A DNA stretch of 39,709 nt, from NCBI GenBank assembly GCA_037441155.1, contig JBBISQ010000007.1, forward strand, positions 1 through 39,709. The letters are read 5' to 3'. Made by a program: the position numbers and the translations under genes. Under the pieces are notes generated by a model. That model worked only from the letters and a program-made list of their open reading frames with translations, was not told the origin of the DNA and searched no databases. The stretch is from Candidatus Fraserbacteria bacterium. GTDB taxonomy: Bacteria; Bipolaricaulota; Bipolaricaulia; RBG-16-55-9; DRXL01. Each line of letters opens with the position of its first letter. Within the stretch, counting starts at the first letter, position 1. Shown here one piece after another: positions 9,332 to 16,850 of this stretch.

Positions 9332-10293
9332 AGATCTTAGTGACTGGCGGGGCAGGGTTCGTTGGTTCACACGTCGTCGATGCGTATATTGCTCAAGGCC
9401 ATGACGTCGTGGTGATAGACAATCTCTCCACGGGGTATCGCGAGTTTCTCAACCCCCGGGCGCGCTTCTATCAGCTCGATATCGCCGATCGGGAGGCAGT
9501 GCGCGCCGTCTTCGCCCGCGAAAGATTCGACTTAGTGAATCATCACGCGGCACAAGTGGACGTGCGCGTCTCGGTCGCCGATCCCCTGCGCGACGCGCGC
9601 ACGAACATCACGGGGTTGCTCACACTGCTCGAGGCGTGCCGCGAGTTCTCCGTGAGGAAATTTATCTTCATCTCGTCCGGTGGGGTCATCTATGGCGAGC
9701 CGCAAGAGCTACCCGTCCCAGAGGATGCCCCGAAGAAGCCGATCAGCCCCTACGGGGTCGCCAAGCTCGCCAGTGAGTTCTATCTCTTCAGTGCCCATCA
9801 GACCTGGGGATTGGAGTATATAGCCTTGCGCTATGCCAATGTCTACGGGCCACGACAGACCCCCAAGAGCGAAGCGACGGTGATCAGCACATTCGCGCGG
9901 GCTCTCTCGCAAGGCGAGCCGGTCACCATCTTTGGATCCGGGGAGCAGACGCGCGACTTCGTCTTCGTACAAGACGTGGTATCAGCCAATCTCTTGGCCA
10001 CAGAACGACTCTCTGCGATCAACCGTGCAGGGATAGTCTCTTCTATAGACGATCTTGCTTTTAACATAGGGACAGGGTATGAGACGAGCGTGAATCAATT
10101 GCTCAAAAGATTTGCCCAGACGCTGAAGAGGGAGTGTGACGCACGCTACGCTCCAGCGCGCCCGGGAGAGCTCCAGCGCAACGCGCTCGATATTTCCAAG
10201 GCCACCCAGCTATTGGGGTTTACACCCAAGACTTCATTGAGCGAAGGGTTGCGCGAGACAATGGACTGGGTGCGAACAGCAGCTCCAATGTGA
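9328..10293 (+). CDS. NAD-dependent epimerase/dehydratase (UDP-glucose 4-epimerase-like)
   Basis: Rossmann motif ILVTGGAGFVGSH, catalytic YGVAKLASE (YxxxK), and RYANVYGPRQ. Confidence 0.85.
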   Translation: MKILVTGGAGFVGSHVVDAYIAQGHDVVVIDNLSTGYREFLNPRARFYQLDIADREAVRAVFARERFDLVNHHAAQVDVRVSVADPLRDARTNITGLLTLLEACREFSVRKFIFISSGGVIYGEPQELPVPEDAPKKPISPYGVAKLASEFYLFSAHQTWGLEYIALRYANVYGPRQTPKSEATVISTFARALSQGEPVTIFGSGEQTRDFVFVQDVVSANLLATERLSAINRAGIVSSIDDLAFNIGTGYETSVNQLLKRFAQTLKRECDARYAPARPGELQRNALDISKATQLLGFTPKTSLSEGLRETMDWVRTAAPM

Positions 10294-10403
10294 GGCCGAT
10301 TACTGACACGACGACAGCAATCGTTTATAGTGAGGAGGAATCACCTCCTTGGGCTTGGCTGCTCCCTCAGCCAAGCGAGTCGCAAACCCTCTCACCTCCT
10401 AGG

Positions 10404-10435
10404 GGCGGCCCCACAGGCCGCCTTTTTATCTTTTT
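10404..10435 (+). terminator. rho-independent terminator after the epimerase gene
   Basis: GGCGGCC (10404-10410), loop CCACA, GGCCGCC (10416-10422), then TTTTTATCTTTTT. Confidence 0.75.
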
Positions 10436-10445
10436 CAGTGCCCAT

Positions 10446-11615
10446 TTACACAAAGCTATGCAGGCTCGCGACAAAGTAATTGATCCCAATCCACGCGTAG
10501 AGCACCGCGAGATACCCCAAGACGGAGAGCCAGGCGACCAAGCCTCCTCGCCACCCCGGATCGCGCGCTCCCCACGTCAGCCGCGCATGGAGATAGACAG
10601 CGTAGACTAAAGCCGCCACGAGCATGGCCGTCTCTTTAGGGTCCCAGCCCCAGTAGCGGCTCCACGCTTGCTCCGCCCAGATCCCCCCAAAGACCAGCCC
10701 GCCAATCGCGTAGAACGGAAACCCAAAAGCGTTGCAGCGATAGATCATCTCTTCAATGTTCTCTAGCCGCTCCCACGCGATGGGCTGGCCCTCACGATGC
10801 ACGAAGAGCAAGAGCCCCCCAAATCCCGCACAGAGCACCGCCAAGAGCGCCACCGATGCGAGCATCTTCTCCCCCTGCAATGTGGCAAAGAGCGGGATTA
10901 CCCCAAAGATAACCCCTGCGATCACGGCCAGCAACGCCCCAAAGAGCACAAAGAGCGCCTTCTCGTAGCGACGCCACAGATACACAAGTGTTGCACCAAA
11001 CCCACTGGTGAAGAACGCGATCCCGATCACCATGAAGAGCACGTGAATCGTGAGCCAATAGCTCTGCAGGCTCGCGGGAACGCCTGTGGGGGCGCTGGGC
11101 GCCAAGCTCGGCGACGCCGCGACCGAGAGCATCACGAACGCCGCGCCCGTGACGAAGACCCCCACGTGCTTGATCTGAAATGTGCGCTCCATCACAAGAT
11201 AGATTAAGGGAATAAGCCAGGCGAAGAACGTCAGCGTCTCATAGGTCGTCGAGAGGGGCAGGAGGACTATCTTGACCCATTGTGAGGCATTGCCCAGCTC
11301 AATCGCGCGGGCGATCACCCCTGCTGTAGAGATCGCCAAGCTCACCATAAGAGCGCGAGTTGCCCAGACGCCCCAATCAATACCCGACAAGCTCCATGAG
11401 GCGCTCGGCGCGACGATGCCCAACGTCCTCTCACCATCACTCCATCTCTCTCTCTTCCCCCTCACCCCTCTACTCCCCTCTCCCTCCGAGGGGAGAGAGG
11501 CTGGGGGTGAGGGCTGATCAGAGCTTCTCAACACAACGTGAAGCAGATAGAGCACGAACGTGACGAAGTAGCTCACCGTGCTCAGATAGAAGAGCAGCAC
11601 GCTTGGGTATTTCAC
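10446..11615 (-). CDS. ccsA: cytochrome c biogenesis protein CcsA (System II heme handling)
   Basis: Polytopic membrane protein with the W-rich motif WAEQAWSRYWGWDPKE. GTG start preceded by AAGGAGG. Follows resB. Confidence 0.9.
   Translation of the reverse strand: MKYPSVLLFYLSTVSYFVTFVLYLLHVVLRSSDQPSPPASLPSEGEGSRGVRGKRERWSDGERTLGIVAPSASWSLSGIDWGVWATRALMVSLAISTAGVIARAIELGNASQWVKIVLLPLSTTYETLTFFAWLIPLIYLVMERTFQIKHVGVFVTGAAFVMLSVAASPSLAPSAPTGVPASLQSYWLTIHVLFMVIGIAFFTSGFGATLVYLWRRYEKALFVLFGALLAVIAGVIFGVIPLFATLQGEKMLASVALLAVLCAGFGGLLLFVHREGQPIAWERLENIEEMIYRCNAFGFPFYAIGGLVFGGIWAEQAWSRYWGWDPKETAMLVAALVYAVYLHARLTWGARDPGWRGGLVAWLSVLGYLAVLYAWIGINYFVASLHSFV
11457..11514. repeat. nested-hairpin C-tract/G-tract palindromic element (type 1), in frame within ccsA
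   Basis: CCCTCACCCC (11459-11468) / GGGGTGAGGG (11504-11513), inner CCCCTCTCCC / GGGGAGAGAGG. The reverse complement matches the tgt copy at 22 of the first 24 nt (hand alignment). Translated as PSPPASLPSEGEGSRGVRG. Confidence 0.8.
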
Positions 11616-11633
11616 GATCTCCTCCTTATAGAA

Positions 11634-13046
11634 TTACGTGACCAACTCCGACTCAGGATGCGTCACGATCTGAAGTTGTTCTATCTCGTCCACAAGACGA
11701 CGGAACTCCTGCGCAAACGATCTCAGACTGTTGCGCACCGCCCCGGCAATGACGATCTCGCTCTCGGAGATATGCACCCAGACCTGGCGGTGCTTGAAAT
11801 AGATGTGCACGAGCATCCCCACGATGACGAAGAGAAAGCCAAAGTAAACGATGGGGCGGCCGGGGTCTTTGGTGATCTGCAAGCCCGTGAACTCCGGCGC
11901 GGTCATGCCCACAAGTTTAATTCTGTAGGGCATCTCGCCGCCGACGCGGGCCATCGTCGTCTCCCAGAAGGCCTGCATCTCCGGGCGGGAGAAGGCCCAG
12001 GTGCGCATAATTCTGCGCCCTTGAGCGTCGTAGATCTCCACAAAGACCGCAGGGTTCTCTAGGCGCTGCGTCCGGCTGTATGCAATGAGATTCTCTGTCA
12101 GGGCAAAATCGGGCAGAAACGCGCTGATCTTCACAAAGATATTCTCCGAGGGCACTTCAAAGCCGTCATTGACAACACCTACGAACTCCCCAAGTGCTGT
12201 GCCGTCGGCACGCGCCAGAGCGAGCGTGACGCGCGCTGCCCCCTGCCAATCTGTGCCAAACGCCGATTGATAGAAATTGTAGCCCTTGTAGCGCAACGGC
12301 GCGTTGACTTCGATGGTCTTTGTCACGATCTCGTTGTCGTTCTCGATCACGGTGAGCTCGGTGCGCCAGTCCATGACGCGCTCGGAGTTCTTGTAGTTCT
12401 CGCTCCAGAACTTATTCACTCGTACGGCGAAGTCCGCGCCGGGAAGTCTGATTATATCCCCCCGATGGGCGATCTCGAACGTTCTATACCCGGCGAGCAT
12501 CGTCACCAGCCCGCCGAAGATCACTATCAACAGACTGATGTGAAAGAGATCAATCCCGAAGCGCTCCCAGCGCCATTTTTCAGCGAGAATCTGTGAGTTC
12601 TCTTGGCGCACGCGATAGCCGTGGCGTTGAAGCACCTCGCCGATCTTTCGGGAAGCATCGGAGCAGACAGAACCCGAGATCACGCGTGAGTGCTCAAAGC
12701 GCCGCAGGCCCTCCGGGGGAATAACCCCCATGGGCAGCCTCCAATAGTTCCAGGACGCTCTCAGTCTCTTATACGTACATGCCGAGAGATTGAGCGTGAA
12801 GAGCGCCATCACGAAGAGAAAATACCACGACCCGAAGATATTCGTCAGCTGCAGCTTTTTGAGAGTGTTATAGCCCTCGACGCCGTAACGCGCGATATAA
12901 TCTACCTCGCGAGTGAACGTCTCCTGTGGGATGAGCGTGCCCACGAGAGCCAACAGCGCGATGAGCGAGATCAAGACGATCGCAAGCGTGATCGACGTAA
13001 AGAACTGATACAGATCATGAGCGATCTCTTTGAGGAACGCTCGCAT
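11634..13046 (-). CDS. resB: cytochrome c biogenesis protein ResB/Ccs1
   Basis: 470 aa with N-terminal TM helices, a large extracytoplasmic domain and a C-terminal TM. Sits between a TlpA-like thioredoxin gene and ccsA, which is System II order. Confidence 0.85.
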   Translation of the reverse strand: MRAFLKEIAHDLYQFFTSITLAIVLISLIALLALVGTLIPQETFTREVDYIARYGVEGYNTLKKLQLTNIFGSWYFLFVMALFTLNLSACTYKRLRASWNYWRLPMGVIPPEGLRRFEHSRVISGSVCSDASRKIGEVLQRHGYRVRQENSQILAEKWRWERFGIDLFHISLLIVIFGGLVTMLAGYRTFEIAHRGDIIRLPGADFAVRVNKFWSENYKNSERVMDWRTELTVIENDNEIVTKTIEVNAPLRYKGYNFYQSAFGTDWQGAARVTLALARADGTALGEFVGVVNDGFEVPSENIFVKISAFLPDFALTENLIAYSRTQRLENPAVFVEIYDAQGRRIMRTWAFSRPEMQAFWETTMARVGGEMPYRIKLVGMTAPEFTGLQITKDPGRPIVYFGFLFVIVGMLVHIYFKHRQVWVHISESEIVIAGAVRNSLRSFAQEFRRLVDEIEQLQIVTHPESELVT

Positions 13047-13048
13047 AG

Positions 13049-13687
13049 CTACTTCGAGCCCAAGGCTCGCGTGGTCTTTTCAAACGCTGTGATCATATCG
13101 GCGACGCTCATCGAGCCGAGCCACTTGCCACGAATGATCCCGTCCTCGTCAATGAAGAAGCTCGTGGGCAGTCCCGTCAGCTCGTAGAGCACGAAGATCT
13201 TTCCGTTCGTGTCCAGTAAATTTGTGTAGGTGATCCCGTATTGGTCGAGAAACTCTTGCACGATTGTAGGGTGATCGTTCCAGTTAATGCCGATGACGTG
13301 GATCTTTTCGCCGTATTGGGTGAAGAACTCTTGGAGATCAGGCATCTCCTTGCGGCAGGGGGGGCACCAGCTCGCCCAGAAATTCAAGAGCACGGGTTTG
13401 CCGCGCAGCGCGCTCAGCTTCACGCTCTGGCCGTTGAAGTCTTGCAGCTCAAAATCTGGGGCACGAAAGCCCAACGCCGGACGCTCCTCGTCGAAGTGCA
13501 GCTCAGCCTCTCTGTCGAGAAACGCCCCTTGTCTGAATTTGAGGACGAATTCATTGACTTGATCCTCGCGGCGCAGGGCGCCGGGGGTCTGTGGGCCGGG
13601 ATTATAAAAAAAGTACGAGTAGGTGATCAGCCCAACCCATCCTAGCCCCGCCAGAACGACTAGAGCGACGAACAACCTCTTCGCCAT
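13049..13687 (-). CDS. TlpA/ResA-family thiol:disulfide oxidoreductase
   Basis: N-terminal anchor, then the thioredoxin fold with NFWASWCPPCRKEMP (CxxC). Start placed at ATG 13687 because GTG 13723 lies within the predicted -35 box. Confidence 0.85.
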   Translation of the reverse strand: MAKRLFVALVVLAGLGWVGLITYSYFFYNPGPQTPGALRREDQVNEFVLKFRQGAFLDREAELHFDEERPALGFRAPDFELQDFNGQSVKLSALRGKPVLLNFWASWCPPCRKEMPDLQEFFTQYGEKIHVIGINWNDHPTIVQEFLDQYGITYTNLLDTNGKIFVLYELTGLPTSFFIDEDGIIRGKWLGSMSVADMITAFEKTTRALGSK

Positions 13688-13696
13688 TGCAGAGAG

Positions 13697-13725
13697 ATTA
13701 TATACAGCGTGCTGCTCTCTCACAA
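13697..13725 (-). promoter_or_regulatory. sigma70-type promoter of the tlpA-resB-ccsA operon (leaderless)
   Basis: Minus strand: TTGTGA (13725-13720), 17 nt, TATAAT (13702-13697). ATG is 9 nt downstream with no Shine-Dalgarno. Confidence 0.55.
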
Positions 13726-13747
13726 GTGACCCCGGTGTAGGGGCACG

Positions 13748-13776
13748 TTGACGTCGGCTCGATAATATCTTATTAT
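13748..13776 (+). promoter_or_regulatory. sigma70-type promoter of the HAD hydrolase gene (leaderless)
   Basis: TTGACG (13748-13753), 17 nt, TATTAT (13771-13776). ATG 13786 is 9 nt downstream with no Shine-Dalgarno. Confidence 0.55.
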
Positions 13777-13785
13777 AGCGTTCTT

Positions 13786-14529
13786 ATGCGGGTGAAGATA
13801 ATCTTCTTCGACATGGACGGCACGCTCGTCTGGGTGCCGGGGAGCGGGCAAGCTGACTGGTTCGCCCGGCAGCTCGAAGAGTTGGGAATACGGCCGGATC
13901 ATGAGCAGCTTGCTCAGGCGTATCAGCGTGCGCAGGAGCGGTGGCAGCGCGAGATCCGCCCGCGCTTGGGGTTCAGCACCGAGTCTTTTGTCGAATGGAA
14001 TCGCTTGATTTTGGGGGAGCTGGGGCTGGATGGCGAGCTTAGCCGGATCGCCGCGGAGATCCAAAGCTATTGGGAGACCCCTGCGGATGAGCTCTTCCCT
14101 GAGGTGCCGGGGGAGCTGGAGAAGCTGCGTCGGCGCGGGATCGCGCTGGGGATCGTCTCGCACCGACCGATAGTCGGGATCGAGCGCTCTTTGGAGAAGC
14201 ATGGGCTGAAAGAGTTCTTCCGCTGGCGGGCCAGCCCCGACTCGACCGGGATCGCTCATGGGAAGCTCGATCGGGCGTTTTGGGCTGCTCTTCTTCGGCA
14301 GGCAGGCGCAGCCCCGCACGAAGCGATGCACGTCGGCGACGACTTCGAGACGGATATTCGTGGGGCGCGGCGCGCCGGCTTGCACGCCGTCTGGATCGAG
14401 CGCCCGCACTTGAAAGATCAACTCTTCCCCGGGCGATTGGGGGTTGGAGCCCCCCAGGGGGTGCCTGCTGAGGAGCACCCCTGCGCGCGCGTGCGAGATC
14501 TGCGCGAATTGACTGATCTGATCGAATAA
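13786..14529 (+). CDS. HAD superfamily hydrolase
   Basis: Motif I IIFFDMDGTLV, motif II GIVSH, motif IV HVGDDFETDIRGARRAG. Confidence 0.8.
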   Translation: MRVKIIFFDMDGTLVWVPGSGQADWFARQLEELGIRPDHEQLAQAYQRAQERWQREIRPRLGFSTESFVEWNRLILGELGLDGELSRIAAEIQSYWETPADELFPEVPGELEKLRRRGIALGIVSHRPIVGIERSLEKHGLKEFFRWRASPDSTGIAHGKLDRAFWAALLRQAGAAPHEAMHVGDDFETDIRGARRAGLHAVWIERPHLKDQLFPGRLGVGAPQGVPAEEHPCARVRDLRELTDLIE

Positions 14530-14552
14530 TTTTTCACTTCCCACATCCCCAC

Positions 14553-14581
14553 TTGACAAGCTCCCCTCCATAGTGTATACT
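14553..14581 (+). promoter_or_regulatory. near-consensus sigma70 promoter of pstS
   Basis: TTGACA (14553-14558), 17 nt, TATACT (14576-14581). Confidence 0.65.
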
Positions 14582-14604
14582 TAAGGCGCGATCTATATAG
14601 ATCG
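14580..14604. promoter_or_regulatory. candidate operator: CTTAAG-N7-CTATATAG inside the 16-bp palindrome CGATCTATATAGATCG
   Basis: CTTAAG 14580-14585, CTATATAG 14593-14600, perfect palindrome 14589-14604 at about +1 to +17. The same bipartite motif with the same spacing occurs at 15892-15912. Confidence 0.5.
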
Positions 14605-14634
14605 AAACTATACTATACTAAAAGGAGGAAAAAT

Positions 14635-15783
14635 ATGAAATTCAGCGCATCTCTTGTGAGACGCGCGACGTTCGTCGCATTGTTGGTCCTCGGTTCGGTC
14701 GTCCTGTCGGCTCTGGGGCAGCCGGGAGCCCCTAAAGACTCAAAAAATATACTCTCTGACGGCTCCAGCACCGTCGCCCCCGTCACCAAAGCCATGGCCG
14801 AAGAATTTAAGAAAGTCCGCCCGGATATCAACGTCACGGTAGCCGTCAGCGGCACCTCAGGGGGCTTTCGACGCTTTGTCACCGGCGAGACCGACATCAG
14901 CAACGCCTCCCGGGCGATCAAACAGTCCGAGATCGAGACCGCGCCCAAACACGGCGTCGAGTATATTGAGCTCTTAGTCGCGCTCGACGGCCTGACCGTC
15001 GCCGTCAGCACGAAGACCAGAATCTTCGGCAACGCTCCCATCTGCCTGACCGTCGGCGAGCTTGAACTGCTCTGGGCCAAAGAAGCCGAAAAATACATCA
15101 CCAGATGGAATCAGGTCCGCAGCACGCTCGCCAACGCTGAGATCACGCTCTCCGGCGCGGCCGAAACTTCAGGGACGTTCGACTTCTTCACCTCGGCCAT
15201 TACCGGCAAAGAGGGCGACACCAGACAAGACTACTTCGGCACCGAAGAAGATCAACTCTTAGCCCAACAGACCGGTGCCAATCCCTTCGCGCTCACCTAC
15301 TTCGGCTTTAACTTCTTTGTGAATAACACGCAGCTGGTGCAGGCCGTCGCGATTGACCCGCGCCGCGAGCTGATCAGCACGCCCGAAAGCGTTCTGAAAG
15401 AGATCAACGCGCGCCGGGCTAAGAACGGCAAAAAGCCCCTGGAGAACAAGGGCGGGGAGTGCAAGGGCATCTTACCCAATGTAGACACGATCCTGGGGTT
15501 CGTCTATCAGCCGTTGAGTCGTCCGCTCTTCATCTACGTCAATAAGAAGAGCGCTGAGCGCCCCGCCTTGGACGAGTTCATCAAGTTCTATCTCGCTGAA
15601 GAGCGCCTGGGCAATCAGCAGTTTATGCTCAACAAAGCCGGGTATCTCCCTGCGCCGCGCGACGTGCGCGACGAGGCTCGTATTTGCTGGTCCAAGCGCA
15701 TTACCGGCACGGCCTTCGGCGGCAACTACTCCGGCCTGTCGCTCACGGATATTCGCAACAAATATAAGGAGCACTGCAAGTAA
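14635..15783 (+). CDS. pstS: phosphate ABC transporter substrate-binding protein PstS family
   Basis: Signal peptide, then GSSTVAPVT...VSGTSGGF, the periplasmic phosphate-binding protein signature. AAGGAGG ribosome site. Upstream of pstCAB. Confidence 0.85.
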   Translation: MKFSASLVRRATFVALLVLGSVVLSALGQPGAPKDSKNILSDGSSTVAPVTKAMAEEFKKVRPDINVTVAVSGTSGGFRRFVTGETDISNASRAIKQSEIETAPKHGVEYIELLVALDGLTVAVSTKTRIFGNAPICLTVGELELLWAKEAEKYITRWNQVRSTLANAEITLSGAAETSGTFDFFTSAITGKEGDTRQDYFGTEEDQLLAQQTGANPFALTYFGFNFFVNNTQLVQAVAIDPRRELISTPESVLKEINARRAKNGKKPLENKGGECKGILPNVDTILGFVYQPLSRPLFIYVNKKSAERPALDEFIKFYLAEERLGNQQFMLNKAGYLPAPRDVRDEARICWSKRITGTAFGGNYSGLSLTDIRNKYKEHCK

Positions 15784-15796
15784 GCAACCCCGAACG

Positions 15797-15835
15797 CCGA
15801 GCCTCCTAGGGAGACCCAGACCCTAGGAGGCTCGG
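15797..15835 (+). promoter_or_regulatory. 15-bp perfect intercistronic stem-loop after pstS
   Basis: CCGAGCCTCCTAGGG (15797-15811), 9-nt loop, CCCTAGGAGGCTCGG (15821-15835). No U-tract follows, so it is more likely an mRNA stabiliser or partial attenuator than a full terminator. Confidence 0.6.
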
Positions 15836-15861
15836 TCCCCCTCCCCCCGTCTTTGGAGCAT

Positions 15862-15891
15862 TTGACGGCGCCCAAGCCGGGGCGCTATAAT
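15862..15891 (+). promoter_or_regulatory. internal sigma70-type promoter upstream of pstC
   Basis: TTGACG (15862-15867), 18 nt, TATAAT (15886-15891). Confidence 0.5.
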
Positions 15892-15912
15892 CTTAAGTGT
15901 AAAACTATATAG
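15892..15912. promoter_or_regulatory. second copy of the CTTAAG-N7-CTATATAG motif
   Basis: CTTAAG 15892-15897 immediately after the -10 box, and CTATATAG 15905-15912. The geometry is identical to the pstS promoter. Confidence 0.5.
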
Positions 15913-15917
15913 AAGCG

Positions 15918-16850
15918 ATGGGAGCAATGAAGACGAGAGCACCCCAGCTTGCCCTGCACGCGCCCCCAGGGCGCTATCTCAAGGAGCGCTTCATCCAAGC
16001 AGTTCTCTTCTGTTGTGCTGCTCTTGCTATTGTCGTCACCGCCGTCACGATATGGCTCTTCATCTCGGGCTCGGGGACCTTCTTCAGCAAGGTCTCTTTG
16101 AAGGAATTTCTGGGCGGGACGCGCTGGGCCCCCACGGATATCTCAACTCCATCCTACGGTGCTCTCCCCTTGATCGTCGGGACGCTCATCATCACCGGGA
16201 TCGCGCTGGTCGTCGCGTTGCCCATCGGGCTGCTCAGCGCCATCTATCTCAGTGAATTTGCATCCGAGCGCGTGCGCAAAATAGCAAAGCCCGTCTTGGA
16301 GATCCTCGCGGGCATCCCCACGGTCGTCTACGGCTATTTTGCGCTGCTCTTCGTGACGCCACTGCTGCGCTCCGTTCTCCCAGATATTCAGTTCTGGAAC
16401 GCGCTCAGCGCGGGGATCGTCTTGGGGATTGCGATCATTCCCTTGATCTCATCACTCAGTGAGGACGTGATTTATGCCGTGCCCCGGTCGCTGCGCGAGG
16501 GCGCCTATGCGCTGGGAGCGACCAAATACGAGACGATCCGCTCAGTGGTCCTGCCCGCGGCTCTGTCGGGGATTGCGGCGGCGTTCATCTTGGCGATGTC
16601 GCGCGCTATCGGCGAGACGATGATCGTCGCGATTGCTGCTGGGCGCGTGCCGGCGTGGCCTCCTGACCTGCTCAAGCCCTTAGAGACTCTGACCGTGCAC
16701 ATCGTCAACGTCGCTACGGGAGACGCTGAAGCCGGGGCGTTCATCTGGGCCACGATCTTTGCTATTGGCGCGCTGCTCTTTGTCACCACGTTGCTTCTGA
16801 ATATCTTCAGCTATTGGATCGTGCGCCGCTTTCGGGAGCAATACGAATGA
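15918..16850 (+). CDS. pstC: phosphate ABC transporter permease PstC
   Basis: Six TM segments and the EAA-like loop (SLREGAYALGATKYETIRSVVLP). Alternative ATG at 15927. Confidence 0.9.
   Translation: MGAMKTRAPQLALHAPPGRYLKERFIQAVLFCCAALAIVVTAVTIWLFISGSGTFFSKVSLKEFLGGTRWAPTDISTPSYGALPLIVGTLIITGIALVVALPIGLLSAIYLSEFASERVRKIAKPVLEILAGIPTVVYGYFALLFVTPLLRSVLPDIQFWNALSAGIVLGIAIIPLISSLSEDVIYAVPRSLREGAYALGATKYETIRSVVLPAALSGIAAAFILAMSRAIGETMIVAIAAGRVPAWPPDLLKPLETLTVHIVNVATGDAEAGAFIWATIFAIGALLFVTTLLLNIFSYWIVRRFREQYE

Noticed and set aside
10290-10610. 106-aa plus-strand ORF after the epimerase gene
   Set aside because: It runs through three hairpins and a terminator, then antisense into ccsA. It has no ribosome site and no domain.
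13720-14571. 283-aa minus-strand ORF
   Set aside because: It is fully antisense to the HAD hydrolase gene, which has clear motifs I, II and IV. It would also span the divergent promoters. The composition is Pro/Arg/Leu-rich, as in shadow ORFs.
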